Below, in pieces: positions 26,242 through 41,139 of a stretch of DNA of 64,000 nucleotides. The DNA is taken from contig NC_068983.1 of NCBI RefSeq assembly GCF_001194135.2, positions 85,845,653-85,909,652 on the forward strand. The letters are read 5' to 3'. Below the pieces are notes generated by a model. That model made no database searches. It was given only the letters and a program-made list of their open reading frames with translations, and was not told where the DNA came from. Each line of letters starts with the position of its first letter. The stretch's first letter is position 1. The position numbers and the translations under genes were made by a program. Origin of the DNA: Octopus bimaculoides. Its lineage: Eukaryota.

Positions 26242-27637
26242 CAACAACAATTTCTTTTGATTAAATGTCTGAAATAAGATTAAAATCATAATTTGATGAA
26301 CTAGTAACTTTCTCATTAGAGTGCTTATTTAAAATTTTTACAACTATGCTAGATTTCAAGCTCCATCACATGTCTTATTCCTAGACATGTAAACTTAAGA
26401 TACCAGACTGGATTTGAACTAGAAACTTTTATTTATAAACTAAAGCTAGCAATGTCCTTATCCACTAAGTCACCGGTGCATATGTACATCCATGCACAGA
26501 AATGAATCCCCTTGATTTTAAGTCAATCTGGGATCATACACATACCACAGAATATGATACCAGATAATAGAGAGCAAAGTGGTTGAAACTTAGCAATAAG
26601 TACTGAGGTCAATAGCCTAGAGGACTGTAACCTTAATTTGCAATGACCTGGTTAAAGTTTTACAGGAGAGAGAGAGAGAGAACATAGTTGATTACACTGA
26701 CCTGGTATGTTATAGGTGCTAGTTTTATTAACAAAACTGCATTTTCTGACAACACTGTGCTTGTTGGATGACAGTGCTGAGTTCAATTTCTTCTATGAGT
26801 AGAGTTGAGCTGAACAGCAGAATTCAATGTTAAGTATAGTTTAAACCATGAAAACAAACAAGCATCACAATAAATAATGGCTAAAGAAGTTGTGCTTGGC
26901 TCAAGACAGATTTAGTAGATGGATAAAAGATGTTGATAAATGCAAACATTAGCTTTGCCCATCTATTTGTTCATCTTTAGGCATGTTTCTCCATGTTAGT
27001 ATAGATTAGATGAATATATTATTAAGCCATATGTCTTACAGTCTGATGCCTTTTGTGTTACTGTTACTTGCTTTTGAAGTAAGGGGTCTCTTAATTCACA
27101 TGTCTTCAGAAGCACAGAACCAACAAACAATTTGTTGACAAAGTAAATGATAACTTCACTGTTTGTAGGTCAGTGGTTTTCATGTGAAATGCAAAGAATA
27201 TAAACATTCACAGGTACACCACAAGTTTTATATAGTCTCTATCTAGCAAATTCACTGAAGGTTCTGTGCAGTGAGTCCGAATGTGAAACTATGCAGTTGG
27301 GAAGTGAACTTCTTCAACATTTCATCATTCCTGCACCTTTTCCCTTCAACATTATTTGTACATTTGTTAGCATTCTATGTTCCATTGAGAAATATGAACT
27401 AAAAACTACAATTAAAAAGGAAAGAAAGCAATTAAAGATTACAATGTGTTGATGGAGGTCCTAATATCAATCATTTCAACCATGGCAACAACTTTGCTAC
27501 AGAGCAGCAAGATTAGGAACTTGTAAAAAGAGAGGTAAAGCTAGGAAATACAAGTCTCAGTTTATGACTGGTGCTTACTATATGAACCTTTCTTTGTGGG
27601 CCGAAAGGAGAGAGAGAGAGAGAGAGAGGGGGAGAGG

Positions 27638-27670
<33 letters not shown>

Positions 27671-27768
27671 CACGCACATACAAGTGTTAGTGAATAAGTA
27701 ATCTGTTCTGTTTTTTCTACCTTGCATTATCTGTTCAANNNNNNNNNNAGAGAGAGAGAGGGGAGAGG

Positions 27769-27801
<33 letters not shown>

Positions 27802-28929
27802 CACGCACATACAAGTGTTAGTGAATAAGTAATCTGTTCTGTTTTTTCTACCTTGCATTATCTGTTCAAAATCTAGACAAAAGAATATTATGATATTCCA
27901 AGAGAGTTAAGATAATTAGCACCAAATTTTGCAGAGTAAATGAGTACAGCCATATTATAAAATGCATTATGCCACACATGTACGTACATACACAAACACA
28001 CTCACACATACTCATACAACATATCACCACACACAACCATACCTCTATATGACTCATTGTTATTTTGCAACCAATACCCTCACTTGTAAAATGGATAAGG
28101 GTTGGCAATCAGAAGAGCATCCAGCCATTAAAATATTGTCTTAAATAAATATCTGTTTAACCTATGTCAGTATATAAAAACAAAAGTAAAGTGAATGTAC
28201 AAACACACACAATGAATACCTGGAAAATCGTGTCACGGTCACATATAAAACTTTAACTAGTAAGTCAAATATATGCACACACATTATTTATTACCTGAAT
28301 GACAAAGTGGCTATGGTTGTCATCCATCAATATTATCAGAATCCACCCTCACCATCACTCACCACAAGCATGGAAGAGCCCACACGATTGAGGAAAATCT
28401 CAATCTAGCATCATACAGAGATATGTATTTTAAAAGAGTGATGAATATGAAGATGATGACATTGGCAACATGACAATAACAAATGATAACAAAGTAGCAG
28501 TGATGACTGTACTGTATTTTAATTACTGTGACAACTACTATCTCCACATCAAATGAGGCTTAAGTAGTTGATTAGACTAAAAGAAAACAATAAGAAGTTT
28601 GGCAGCAAGTTAGATATAAAATATAAATTGATGAAAAATAAAGCTAGTTGGAAGAAGAGTGAGCAAAATACAAAACTAATGAAAATGAAAATAATAGAAG
28701 GAAAATATAATTAGGAGATGAGAAAGATTAGTAAATAGAATTAAATGAAATACATGGTTGCTTGCATGTGCATGCACATGCAAGTGTGTGTGTGTGTGTA
28801 ATATGAGATAATGTTACACATTAACTCTTATTCAGCAACATTTCCAAAACACACACATACACACACAAACAAAAAAAGCTCTCCTCCACCAAAAATTAGA
28901 AGAAATTGTGTAAAACCTTATCATGCATA

Positions 28930-29930
28930 ACATACACCTTAAATTATTTAAGTTCAAAACATAAATTTCCTATCCAACTCCTAGTGTAGATTATTAATAA
29001 AACCGACCATAAACAGATTGGGTTTAGTTAGCAAGCATATACTCGACATGATTAATCTGAAGATTACAAATGCTATGAAAAGTGCCTTGCAGCTCTTTTG
29101 TGTTCATCTCATTATCTCCAATGCTCATCACATTACCAAGTGGCTCAACAGTATAGAAAACAAGACATTCAATACAAAGGATTTCTACCCCTTTGTATTG
29201 AAATGTCTTTTCTTGGAATTCAGAAAACATTAGTGTTATCAGCAATGATACCAAAGTTATGCCTCTTACTGATCCACTATTTCATGCCCTTAGGGAAAGC
29301 TTTGACAGAGTGAAAATTTCTAGGACAGTTATTTATCTTAGACACCCTCAGCAAACTAGTCCCCATGGCTCTGGTTTGTACAAAGATGAATTTTAGCAGT
29401 TTCTGCACAGCCAAGGTATGCACAAATTTAGAAAACCTCTAAAAGGCATATTTATGGAATACAATTTAGACATAACCATTTGCAGAAATCTAAGAATAGC
29501 TAAAATTTTCAGACATCACACAAGACAAGGAAACTATATAGATACACAAACCCCTCTCAACTACAATTAATAACCCTATAAATGACCTAAGTAAAAGAGT
29601 TTTCAATTGATACTCTGACAGAAATATATTCAATTGTGCTACAAATCTGTAAAAGCGGGACAAGGAACAGAACTCAGAAATAAAACAATATATCTGAACA
29701 GAGTGAGTGTAGTTTAGGCATTTTTAAGGCATTGTGTAAGAGAAAGAGTGATTAAATGTAAATGCCTTGAGGAAGTATATGAAACTAGAGGTATGGAACC
29801 TACATGTGAACTGATAAGAAACTAAAACCAAAGTTTGATGAGACATGTAGGTCTGCCATGGTATTAGCTAATACAGTAAAAGACCAAAATAAGGTACATT
29901 TGGTTGTTTTGAACAGAAGAGACCTTTCCT
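28930..29930 (+). mobile_element. Decayed Penelope-like element (RT, possibly GIY-YIG remnant)
   Basis: Across frames: CRLLIK..IGLVSKHILDMINLKI..KWLNSIENK..KDFYP, GLYKDE, and YNLDITICRNLRI, resembling recalled PLE RT motifs CRLINPAKSEIG.VSK.ILD, DFYPS and GLYRDD. Confidence 0.65.
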
Positions 29931-30057
29931 TAATCTTTTATGAAAATATTTGTTTGGAATAGCAGACTGTTACTTCCTATAGAAACCTGACATTATTTTT
30001 TTGCATTCAATGTAAAAACTTATATAAGTGTACACAAAAATTTCTCTTTATAATATG

Positions 30058-30404
30058 CAGGTATTCCTCAACTTATATCAGTAATTGATTGTAAGATATG
30101 CAATATAACTCGAAAAACAATGTAACGTAAAAATATTTGGAAAACTTATTAGCTGATATTTGTTTTAATAAATGGTTTGTACATATATTTCCATATGAAT
30201 TTTGTTTCATTTTCCACTTCAGAATTGACCTTTTTTTAAATTTTTATTTTTATTATTAAAGATTTATGTTTTTAAATATCTTTGCTGAGACTGACATAGA
30301 GTCAGATAAATTGACTGCAGTTGAGGTTTATTTTTTCCGTTAATTTTTTAAATGTAAAGTTGAAAAACCTCTAACTCAAAATGATGTAAATTGAGGTATG
30401 CTTG
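30058..30404. mobile_element. Tigger/pogo-type MITE
   Basis: TIRs caggtattcctcaacttatatca and revcomp caagcatacctcaatttacatca, with TA-type flanks. Confidence 0.65.
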
Positions 30405-31991
30405 TATTTACAACTTCATCTTCTCTCTCCCCAAACTGCTCATTAGCATATAATGGAGATCACATGATTCTACACAGAAACAACCAACACGCAACACAAG
30501 TGCTATCATTTGTTGAGTTATCACTATCCACTGGAGTTTGGATACAAATGCCCATATGGAACTATATGAAACCAGAGACATGAAACTTTATACAATAGTT
30601 CCCACACATTATGCAACTGAATATATGAGAATTAACGAATCAAAGTGTTTTGTGTGAGAATGAGAATCTGAATGGATGTGTGAAATGAGGAATAATAAAA
30701 TAGCTTCATGACATGCATAAAAACAGAGGTGTTGAAAAAAACAAAAACAAAAAAGCAACAAACAAACAAACAGAAAATGAACCACCAAAGTAGTAATAGT
30801 AGCAGCATTAGTAATAGTAATAAGTGCTGAAAAATAAAATGTGAACAACAAGAAAGAGAAATTAAATATTTATCATGTCAAATTAAAGCTGTCACAATGT
30901 TGTGAAAATACTCCTCTCTCTTCCTGTCTGTTTGTCTGTCTGTCTCTCTTTCTCTCTCTCAAATGTACACAAACTCATCAACTTGGCATAAATAAGATAA
31001 TCGTGATATTGAAAACTCATGGTGAATTTTTATTTTTCCTTCCACACTAAACACAAAATATTTCTTTCTTACTCATCATACACACACTCCTATTTAGATA
31101 GAAAGAAAACTAATAATAATATTAATAATAATAATAATAAAAATACATTTTTAAAATTAGAGCAATTTGTATCAATTGGCAACCATAGCAAAAACGGCGT
31201 CAAAATGGCGACTATCGTTTGGACAATGAGACATTCACTGATTATGTTACATAACAGTTTTGTACTACTTTGTGGATGAACTGAGCAAAGTATTCAAGCT
31301 TTTTTTATGCTCTTAATACTCTGAGTTTTTAACTATTCACTCTCTTTTAACATTCTCCTTATACTCTCCCATTTTGCCCCAGGATGTAATTGGTGCATGA
31401 AACACCAGAAGACAGGTTAATAAAACAACCTATCCTCTGAATCAATTCTTCTGCTGACAATGACAACAACTATCATAGTCATAGACTCCTGGAGACGGCT
31501 ATGAAGTATCTTTAGGGGATTTCAGGAAACAGTACACACTAGAGTGGTGCTATGTTACTAATGTATTTCTAATGGCTCATAGCAGGAACTCAACACAAGC
31601 TGCTAGTAGCTGATGCTGCCTGCATACAGCTAAGTAGTTTGGGCCAGGAACTTAACTCTTTGTGGAATATTTCTTAACAAATATATACAACCTATATCTT
31701 TTGATTAATTTCTATCCTTTTGTAACCATATTCCTGTTGAAATACACTTCTTTTGTTTCTGCTGATTTTGGATGATGATGAAGAATCTAGTAAAATAACT
31801 GAAATTATAAAACTGGAGTTTGAATCATAAATAAACATGAAATTTTGACAGATATTTTAAACTTAGGTTACTTCAAAACAGGAAGCTTGTACCACAGAAC
31901 CAAGGGTAGTCTTGGACGGGTTGGTGTCAGAAAGGTGAAAAGTAACTAAGAAGTTTAAAAATATTTAGGAAAATACCTTTATATTCATTAA

Positions 31992-32213
31992 CCCTTTTGA
32001 TGCCAACCCATTTGAAACTGTCTCTGGCTCTGTAGTACAAATGTCTTGTTTCCATAAGTTTTGAATTAAAATCTTCCACAAAACGTTAGTTACAATTTAT
32101 GTTCCTAACACCAGCTTAATGATAACTAAGTAATTTTGCTAAATTCTTTGTTATATTTAAAATTAATTGAAAGAAACACAAAGCACCTCAAAATAAATAC
32201 AGTAACAAAAGGG
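31992..32213. mobile_element. piggyBac-type MITE
   Basis: TTAA|CCCTTTTG...CAAAAGGG|TTAA. Confidence 0.75.
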
Positions 32214-32671
32214 TTAATTGGTATATAAAGCTGATGTTTGGAATTCAACTTACGGAATTCTTAAAATATAGACTTTTTACCAACTAAACTCTCATATTAT
32301 TTGTTATAAGATTAGGGCTCCAACTTCAGTTGATTATGAGTAATTTTAGCTGAACTGGTAATGTATATCAAGAGAGGTCAAAGGTGGGATAGCATTGAAA
32401 GAGTTAAGTTACTTGGTAACATACATGATGCAACACCAATGATGGGAAATGAACCCTCAATCTATGATGCAACAAAAGGAACACACTATTAACCCCATTT
32501 TCAGCTCTTGCTATCACCAATCACACCATTAAGAGTTTTATAGCTATAGCATATTGAACTTTGAACAAGAGATGATAAAGAAAAAGAAGTTGTAGTTTTT
32601 TCTCATCTTTCCAGAAATGTTTGCAATGTTAGTGAAGTTATTTCCAATGGGAATTGAGAAAATTGCCTTAA

Positions 32672-33264
32672 CTCTTTAGCATTTAATCTGGCCATATCTG
32701 GCCCAAAATATTGTACTTCTTTTATATTCAGACCAGACAGATCTGGCCTCTCACATGTATCCTGCACTGTCATTCTAAAAATGCACAATCACATCATCAA
32801 AATCTAAAAGCTACAAGATAACGAATGATAAATTTAAAACATTCATCATTTACCATCTACTGTCCATGCTGGCATGGGTTGGATGATTTGACCAGGGTGG
32901 GTAAGCTGAAGGACAGCACCAAACTCCAGCTTGATTTGACATGGTTTCTCCAGCTAACTGCCCATCCTCATGCCAACCACTCCAAGAGTGTAATGGCTGC
33001 TTTTATGTGCCACCAGCACGAGTGCCAGTCATGAGACACCAGTATCTGCCACAACTATGATTTCACTTGGCTTGATGGGTCTTCTTCTCAAGCATAGCCA
33101 AAGGTCTTGGTCAGTTGTCATTGCCTCCATGAGGCCCAGTGCTTGAAAGGTGCTTTTTACATGCCACCAGCGCAGGTGCTAACTACACGACACCGGCATT
33201 GGCCACACTGCCTCCATGAATAAATAAGCATTCCATTTGACACAATAACCTGAATGCTAAAGGG
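32672..33264. mobile_element. piggyBac-type MITE with a nested RTE 3' UTR insertion (about 32845-33215)
   Basis: TTAA|CTCTTTAGCATT...AATGCTAAAGGG|TTAA. Same family at 47252-47471 (inverted) and 47975-48205. Confidence 0.75.
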
Positions 33265-36200
33265 TTAATGTCTTCTTATGTGCAAATTTCCATATTTACT
33301 GGGAAGGACAGTTTAAGGAGCAATATTTACATCATTCAGAAGGATAAGAAATAAAACCTGCAATAAAGAATCACATTCATGTCTGACAGTAACTTAACAA
33401 CAGTAATATTCTTTTAAAACCATACTGCCTGCCTAGTTATGCACCTGCATAATTTTGAAGAAAATCATATTTTCCCTAAAGTCAAACCCATACTGAGAAA
33501 TGAAATTTTGCCAATTACAGATATCTCCTCCGCCCACAAAACACTCCAAACCAAACCAAAATCCATAGTCACCAAAATAAGTCTATGTTAGATTGGCCCA
33601 TTAGTATTTGTGTCCAGCATCCCTTTACTCCACCCATCTGTCATAGAATTAGTTTTGAGGAACACATCCCAACTTGATCTCTTCAGGATATTTGACTGCT
33701 ACTGCCACTGCTGCTACTTTCATTTGCTGAAATACTATCCAACATTTTATTATGTCCTTCAAACTTTTTGGATATATTCCCTCCAAACTGTATTTTTATT
33801 CTTTTATTAGATTCAGATACTGAAGTACAATTAAGATGGGTTAGCACCCCTATGATTTCACATAAAAGAAAAAAAAAAAAAAAGAAAAAGCTACAAACTT
33901 AGTAATAGCAACATGTATTTCAATGATTTTCAAAATGTAGGGGGTAAAAAAAACCCACACACTTTGAACTTGATATTTTAATTTAAAATAGTTTACTTGC
34001 AAAATTTTAAGAGAAACCAAACTATCAGCTATTTTCATGAGTAAAAATTTACTCTTGTTTATTTTGATTCAGGTGCTCCACATAAGGGTGGAGGTGAAAT
34101 ACAAGGCAAAATATACAAGATGAAACCAGGAAACTATATGATACTTGTTAATAACTTGTGATATTTAAAGGAAAATTAATTTGTACATACTTCATAAGCC
34201 CAGGTGTGACTGTGTGGCACCTTGAGCAAGTATCTTTAACTACAAGCTCAGGGCTGAGCAAAGCCTTGAGATTGGATTTGGTAGATGGAAACTGAAAGGC
34301 TGTCAAACATGCATGCATAGCTGTAAATGTGTCTATGAAATATGGAGTTAATTTTTCTTAAAATAGTACAGGAGTTATTAACCAGTATTATATAGTTTCC
34401 TAGTTTCATCTTTTATTCATTTCCAGCATGACTGGTGATGAGGAAATACCAACTTGCTTGGAAACTGATGATGGTTGGCAATAGTAAGGGCATCCTGCTG
34501 TAGAATACCTGCTTCAATAAACCCCTGACCGATGTAAGCATGAAAAAGTGAATAATAAAATGATGATTCCATTGACTTTACCTGTACTCACTAGTGATTA
34601 GAATAGTTTTGAGACAAAAATTCAATAAAGGATGTATGTAAAGAATAGTTTTGAGACAAAAATTCAATAATGGATCTATGTAAGAACCTTTTGTAAAGTT
34701 GTATTCCAAACAACCCTTTGATATAGTAATAAATACAATAAGTTAAAATTGTTTTAGAAAACCAGTGTAAATTCATAATTGCTTCTCCTCTACTACCATG
34801 TCTCCCCTGCCCTATGTCTACCCCATCATATTCTCTGTAGCCAGTCATCTCTTCTCCTCCACCTTCCTTCTAACTCATGTATTACTGCTCACTCCCTAAC
34901 CATATCAAATTTCCAGTAGTCACCTACCCCATTTAGCCCCCCACAAAACATGTTCAACACCTCACACATTCTTTATCTCTAACCAACTCTCATATTCCCA
35001 TACAAGCTCAACCTACCTACACTCCTTCAACCCCCCCCCCCTTGTCACTCAATTTAGTCACCTCCTACCTAGATGCTCCATCCTGGCACCACACCACTTC
35101 TATTTTATCTCTTACCAGCTCCACCCAAGTAACTCCAACTCTCTCTTCTGTAATGTAACTGAGTAGCTTGTCTACAGCAAGAAACCTGTTCAATTCTGGA
35201 CCCATCTCTCTCACTTTAACATCTTATACCATAGCAGAAAATCACAGCTCTGTGCAGCCCTGTTTAGTCACAGGAGAACTTAGCTTTGCAGGGTGACTTC
35301 ACTAATGCTGGTGTCACAAAAAAAGCACCTACTACAATCTTGTAAAGTGTTGGCATTAAGAAGGGCATCTAACTGTAGGCATCATACCAAAAGTAAACTC
35401 TGGAGCACAATGCAGTTTTTAAACTCTTTGGGATCCTGTCGAACTGTCTAACTCATGCCAGCACAGAAGATGGATGTTAAATGATTATAATGATGACGAC
35501 ACACTTCACATGCAATGTTAAAAAAACTACCAATATGTTTTGCATGTGGAGTTAAAAGTTACTAGTGCACTTTATAAGTAAAGAAAAAAAAATTTGAAAA
35601 ATATAAAAACTATTGCTTACCTTGTTTATTGTGAATAACATGTTTTTCAAGAATTACTGTGGATTTTCTAAAACCTTAAATTATAGTTTTAAAAATCCAC
35701 AATGCATCTAGTTACCCCTGCAGAGCACTGTCTGAAAACCACTGCTCCAAGTCTAAACTAACCACACTATACTAATATCTTCATAGTTAACAGAAAAAAA
35801 TTCTATATAGATTTATAAAGCAAAATAACAAATGGCTATTTAATACTATATGCACCAAAAAAAGGTTCTGATGAAATCTTTAAAGCTGAAAACAATCAAG
35901 AAATGGCATTTTAATAGTTCTTTATTTATGAATTATTGCGTTTCATTCAACCTTACAATGGTCAGTAGCAACAGGTGCTAATTAAGTGGACCTGAGATTT
36001 ATTTAATATATATACATTCTGGCTTTCATGCCTCAACATATTTTGCTGAAAGCTTTCAAGAAACTGAATTTCCATCAAACAGTTTTCATTAAAAATCAAA
36101 TCACAGAACAGCAAACAAATATTCAAAGCAATAGCTAAAGTTATTTTGATGATGGTCATCTGCAACAAGTTCAGCTGATTCTTTTTTTTGAGGTTAAAGG

Positions 36201-36549
36201 TTAATAAACACGCTGGAGAAAAAGTGAAAAGAAGAATGAAAGAAAGAAAGAAGCAATTCATGATATTGTAAATCAGACACTGAATATCTTTAAAGTGTCA
36301 AGCTTGTATTTTCTGAAAACCATATAAATGAATACGAAGATGTGTAAATGTAAATTCAAGTGAATATTTAGAGACACACATACATTCACACACACATTTA
36401 AATATGGTATATGCATAAAGGCAATGCAACATTGATTGTGAATACAATATATATTTTAATTTTACCAAGTATATTCAATCAGCTTCACTGACATAACCAT
36501 AAGAAGTTTAAAAAAATCTTCTGGGCTAAATTGACTAGAATCTCAATTA

Positions 36550-36584
<35 letters not shown>

Positions 36585-37815
36585 GGTACATGAAGAGAAG
36601 TGATGTGTAACATTGATGAAGGATCCATTCAAAATTTTGTATATTTCTTCTCTTCATGGAATATATACTATTGTACCCTTTTCTGTTTCACTGAAATGCT
36701 TAATAGACTATGAAGGAATCAAATGTGAAATGCATGGGAAATTAGAGGAAATAGTGTATGGCTGTGACAAATCAGTGTCTTTGTGGTTTTAGGTTAAAAA
36801 AAGGGTTTCATTACTTTCCAGACTGAATTCGATTTAGATATGAGGTTTAAAGTGTCAGGGTCATGCTAAAAGAGGTAATATATATGTCTAATATAAGACA
36901 AAAAATTTGTAGCACAAGCCACAAGAATCAAAGCTAATGTTTGCTGTAAACTGTACAGCCATTGCCAACAAATGCACCAAACAACATCGCAAGTTGAACC
37001 CCACAAAAGTCTTAAACTAACACACTGGGATTCCAAATACCAAGAGCTTGTTAATAGAGACCTCAGTCCATACAGTATCAAGGCATGGCATGTAATATAT
37101 ATTTCTTTCATGTATTTATCAAATACATGTAGAAGGTAGGAACAAGGCCCAAAATTTTTGGGGAGGGAGCCAGTCGATTAGATCGACCCTAGCACGCAAC
37201 TGGTACTTAATTTATCGACCCTGGAAGGATGAAAGGCAAAGTCAACTNNNNNNNNNNATTTATCGACCCTGGAAGGATGAAAGGCAAAGTCAACTTCGGC
37301 AGAATTTGAACTCAGAACGTAAAGACAGACGAAATACCGCTAAGCATTTTGCCCTGCGTGCTAATAGTGTATTTTTAGTGTCGGTTGTTGTAGGATTTTC
37401 GAGCGAGATCGTTGCTGGTGCCCCTGGACTGGCTCTTGTGCAGGTGACACATGAGGTTTTTTGAGCGAGATGAGCATGGCCGTTGCCAGTACCACCTGAC
37501 TGGCCTTCGTGCGGGTGACACGTAAAAGCACCCACTACACTCTCTGAGTGGTTGGCGTGAGGAAGGGCATCCAGCTGTAGAAACACTGCCAAATCAGATT
37601 GGAGCCTGGTGTAGCCATCTGGTTTCACCAGTCCTCAGTCAAATCGTCCAACCCATGCTAGCATGGAAAGCGGACGTTAAACGACGACGACGACGAGGAG
37701 TGATGTTTGAGTGGATATTCTTTATCAACCAGGTAGGACAAGGCAAATGAAGTCATGTTGTGAATCTTACATACCTGGAGGCACATCATAGCAGGTGTAC
37801 TAATAAGATTTAAAT

Positions 37816-38080
37816 CAGTGTTTCTCAACCATTTTTTTTCACTTATTGACTTGTTGGATTTCTATTTTACTCAGATGGACCCTTCTGGCCATTTGATGTT
37901 AAAAAAAAAATCCTATTGTATTTTTATAAATAAATATTATTAGGAATTGTATAAAAAAAGATGTTAAAATATTTTGTGTATTGTAGAAGTATAACCAATT
38001 TATTGCACATAAATTTTAACAACAAAATCTTACATGGACCCCCACCCCAAGGGCATGTGGACCCCAGTTGAGAACCAGTG
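37816..38080. mobile_element. hAT (Charlie-like) MITE
   Basis: TIR cagtgtttctcaac...gttgagaaccagtg. 8-bp TSD ATTTAAAT/ATTTAAAC. Confidence 0.8.
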
Positions 38081-38203
38081 ATTTAAACTATCATAGTTTG
38101 GTGTAATGTGTGTTGCATAGAATCCTAAATTAACATAATAGCAGAAGACAAATGGAGGATAAGTAATTCATAGGGTATTACTCAAATATGAAAAATGCAA
38201 TAA

Positions 38204-39831
38204 CCCTTTAACATTCAAACCACCCAATTGCAGCCAAAATAATTCCCCTTTATTTGTTTAAACTGGCTGTATTCAACATTTCTATGAAATCAATAAATAA
38301 ACAAATGAATCATGTAATTGAATCCTTGTAGCTTTGAGATAATATGACATAAAGTCTTTCTTGCCTTTATTCAAGTATAAATACTGTGAAATTTTTGAGA
38401 TCACATACTTTTTTCAACATTTGAAGTGGTATCAGCAAGCAGCAATTCTGATTTTTACGACATCGAGGATTCCAGTTGATCCGATCAACGGAACAACCTG
38501 CTCGTGAAATTAACATGCAAGTGGCTGAGCACTCCACAGACAAGTGTACCCTTAACGTAGTTCTCGGGGATATTCAGTGTGACACAGTGTGACAAGGCTG
38601 ACCCTTTGAATTACAGGCACAACAGAAACAGGAAGTAAGAGTGAGAGAAAGTGGAAGGCCTGATCAACTATAGAAGCCAACCAATACTGCAGAAATATGA
38701 GTTTTTTTTTACTACAGTTTCCTAGATTGTGGAACAACTGGAACCCAAATATAAAGTAAGGTAACCCATATATATCTAGTATCATCTTAGTATTTACAAC
38801 CTGACTCTGCTAAATTCTCCAGCAGGAATGAACCCAACTATGATTCCCTATATAAAGTGCATCCAACTATTGATTTACCGTCTGAAAAGTATAAAACTGT
38901 ATATGAGCTGGGGGAAAATCTCAATGTAGAAGAGTCCATGATAGTGTATAAGGGTAGAGCACATTTTTCGCAACATATACCTGTTAAACCCATTAAACAG
39001 GGCTTCAAGACATGGGAGGTATGTGCATCAGACAGGGTATTTGTGCTAATTTTGATATCTACACTGGGAAAAAATATAATGGAAACAGACCAGATGGATT
39101 GAGGTATGAAACCTTGTTTGAGTTCATGTCATAAAATGCCCTTTGTAAAGGGTGATTTGGATAATTCTATGACAAAAATATGGCATAATTATATTTTCTA
39201 GTTTGAGAGAATTACAATTATATATTCCTTTCATTTTATTACAAAATAACATGTGAAGATGAGAAAAACATAATAATTTTTAGAATGTTACACACCTGTA
39301 TTCACCTATGTCTCACTTGTTAATGAACGTTTTTATTAGATACATTCTGTTGAGTAAATGTACTCATTACATTGTATAAAAAGATCACTGCCAATAGTAT
39401 ATTGACTAGTAAAAGAGTTTTGTACTTTATTTTCAATGAAAATGATTGAATGAAATATAGTGAAAGAATAAAATCTTCTACTGATTATACTTGTATTTTA
39501 ATTCAAATTAATGTACTTGATCTCACAAAGTGGTAAAATTGTTGGAGATTGACATCTGGGATAATTTTAGTAACAAATCAAACAGGTAAGATACACTAAA
39601 AGTTTCAATTTTAGTATTTATCCATAAAGTTATTGTTAATTAATTTTAATTGCCCATAGAAGTCAAATTTAACCAAAAAGATCAGTACTGATAAAATTTC
39701 AATTCTGTATGTAAAAAAAATCAACAAAATTAGAAAGAAATATTGTGGACATCTCTCTTGAACCTGATTAATTCAAAATAATACAAACAAATAAGTATTA
39801 TGCTTGACAGATTAATCTGTATGTTAAAGGG
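38204..39831 (+). mobile_element. Deleted piggyBac element with transposase remnant (about 38800-39110) and a nested SINE (38455-38680)
   Basis: TIR CCCTTTAACAT at both ends, flanked by ATAA and TTAA. Remnant PTIDL..KYKTVYELGENLNVEESMIVYKGRAHFSQHIPVKPIKQGFKTW is PGBD-like. Confidence 0.8.
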
Positions 39832-39907
39832 TTAAAGCATATGTAAATATGTGAGGCCTCATCTATTATCACAAATTTCATGTGGAGTCCTTCATCCAGA
39901 AATATAC

Positions 39908-40160
39908 ATTTCTTTTATTAGCCACACAGGGCTTTACACAGAGGGGACAAATACAATGTAGAGCTTTTCTTTTTGGGAGGGGGAAGGAGAAAAAAAAAGG
40001 GGGTCGATCAAAATGGATCATAGGAAAGAAAAAAAAAAGCGATCAATAGGGATTGTGTATCACAGCAATGTTCTTGTGTAAAAGGGGGGACAGTTTAGGT
40101 TTAGCCGTGGAAAGAAAAGCCTACGGAAAAGACCACGGTAACCTTGGCCAATATTGTGAT
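39908..40160 (-). mobile_element. Probable Tx1/L1 3' UTR fragment
   Basis: 3' end ttgtcccctctgtgtaaagccctgtgtggctaataaaagaaat resembles the 3' end at 19014. No coding part is retained. Confidence 0.5.
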
Positions 40161-40439
40161 TGTCATTGAAGAAACCATAAAAGTAAGTGACTCTCTCTTG
40201 CCTTATTTTTTTTTTTTAGCTTCTTAAATGCCATCCAGATTTACTTCTATCTTTATTAACTCTGGTAAAATGAAGTGTAAACATCTAATGATGGCATCAT
40301 GAGTGGTGGAGCAAGAGTTAAACACCAAGAAAGCTGAAGCAACAGTTACAGTGATTTCTATTAATCTCTGGCTGAACCCATTCTTACCTCACCTTGTTAA
40401 TGCCTTTAGGTAACAGATAAAACATCACAACATCCAATT

Positions 40440-40483
<44 letters not shown>

Positions 40484-40627
40484 CACAGACGAGATCCAGA
40501 GATTTTCAGTATATAAGACACTTAGGAGTGCTTAAAAAGATTCAAACTTGGACTCTGAAGTCTTTACAGGAGATCGATTCCACAGGGTAAAGAACGGTTA
40601 CAAGAGGGATCAAGTTGAGCAGATATA

Positions 40628-41139
40628 GAGGCAATCATATGGATAAACAAATTAGATATATTAAATATATAATAGTCTGGGCATGAAACACAAAATATGT
40701 ATACATGTATACATGAAAAACGACAGAAAGCAAAAGATGAAGACTTTCAGACAATGAATGTTATAATTCCAACAGCTGTTTCTGGGGGCTTGGAAATCCA
40801 CAATAATGTTGGTAGATGTAGTTCATCTCAATATGCGGCCCTAATGGATGCAATCAACATAGGAGAAGATGAGCCTCAATCATCAGGGTAGAGAAGATCT
40901 TACAGTTCAGATCTTAATGCAAAGGAATTCAAAGAAACAGCTGTTGGACTTATAACACCTTTCTTCCACCCCTTTAATTTTCTCTGTCATATGTAAATTG
41001 GATCTATTAATATAAATATCCATATATTTGTACTTAAATATTTATTGTATGAACGTCTCCATATATACATATTTTGTGTTTCATGCCCAAACTATTATAT
41101 TACACTGAATATATCTAATTTTTTTATCTGCATAATTGC

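Noticed and set aside
27605-27867. Perfect direct duplication around a 10-N gap (also 23750-23878 and 37199-37296)
   Set aside because: Identical sequence on both sides of a 10-N spacer is typical of unmerged contig overlaps, so it is an assembly artefact rather than a biological tandem repeat or CRISPR.
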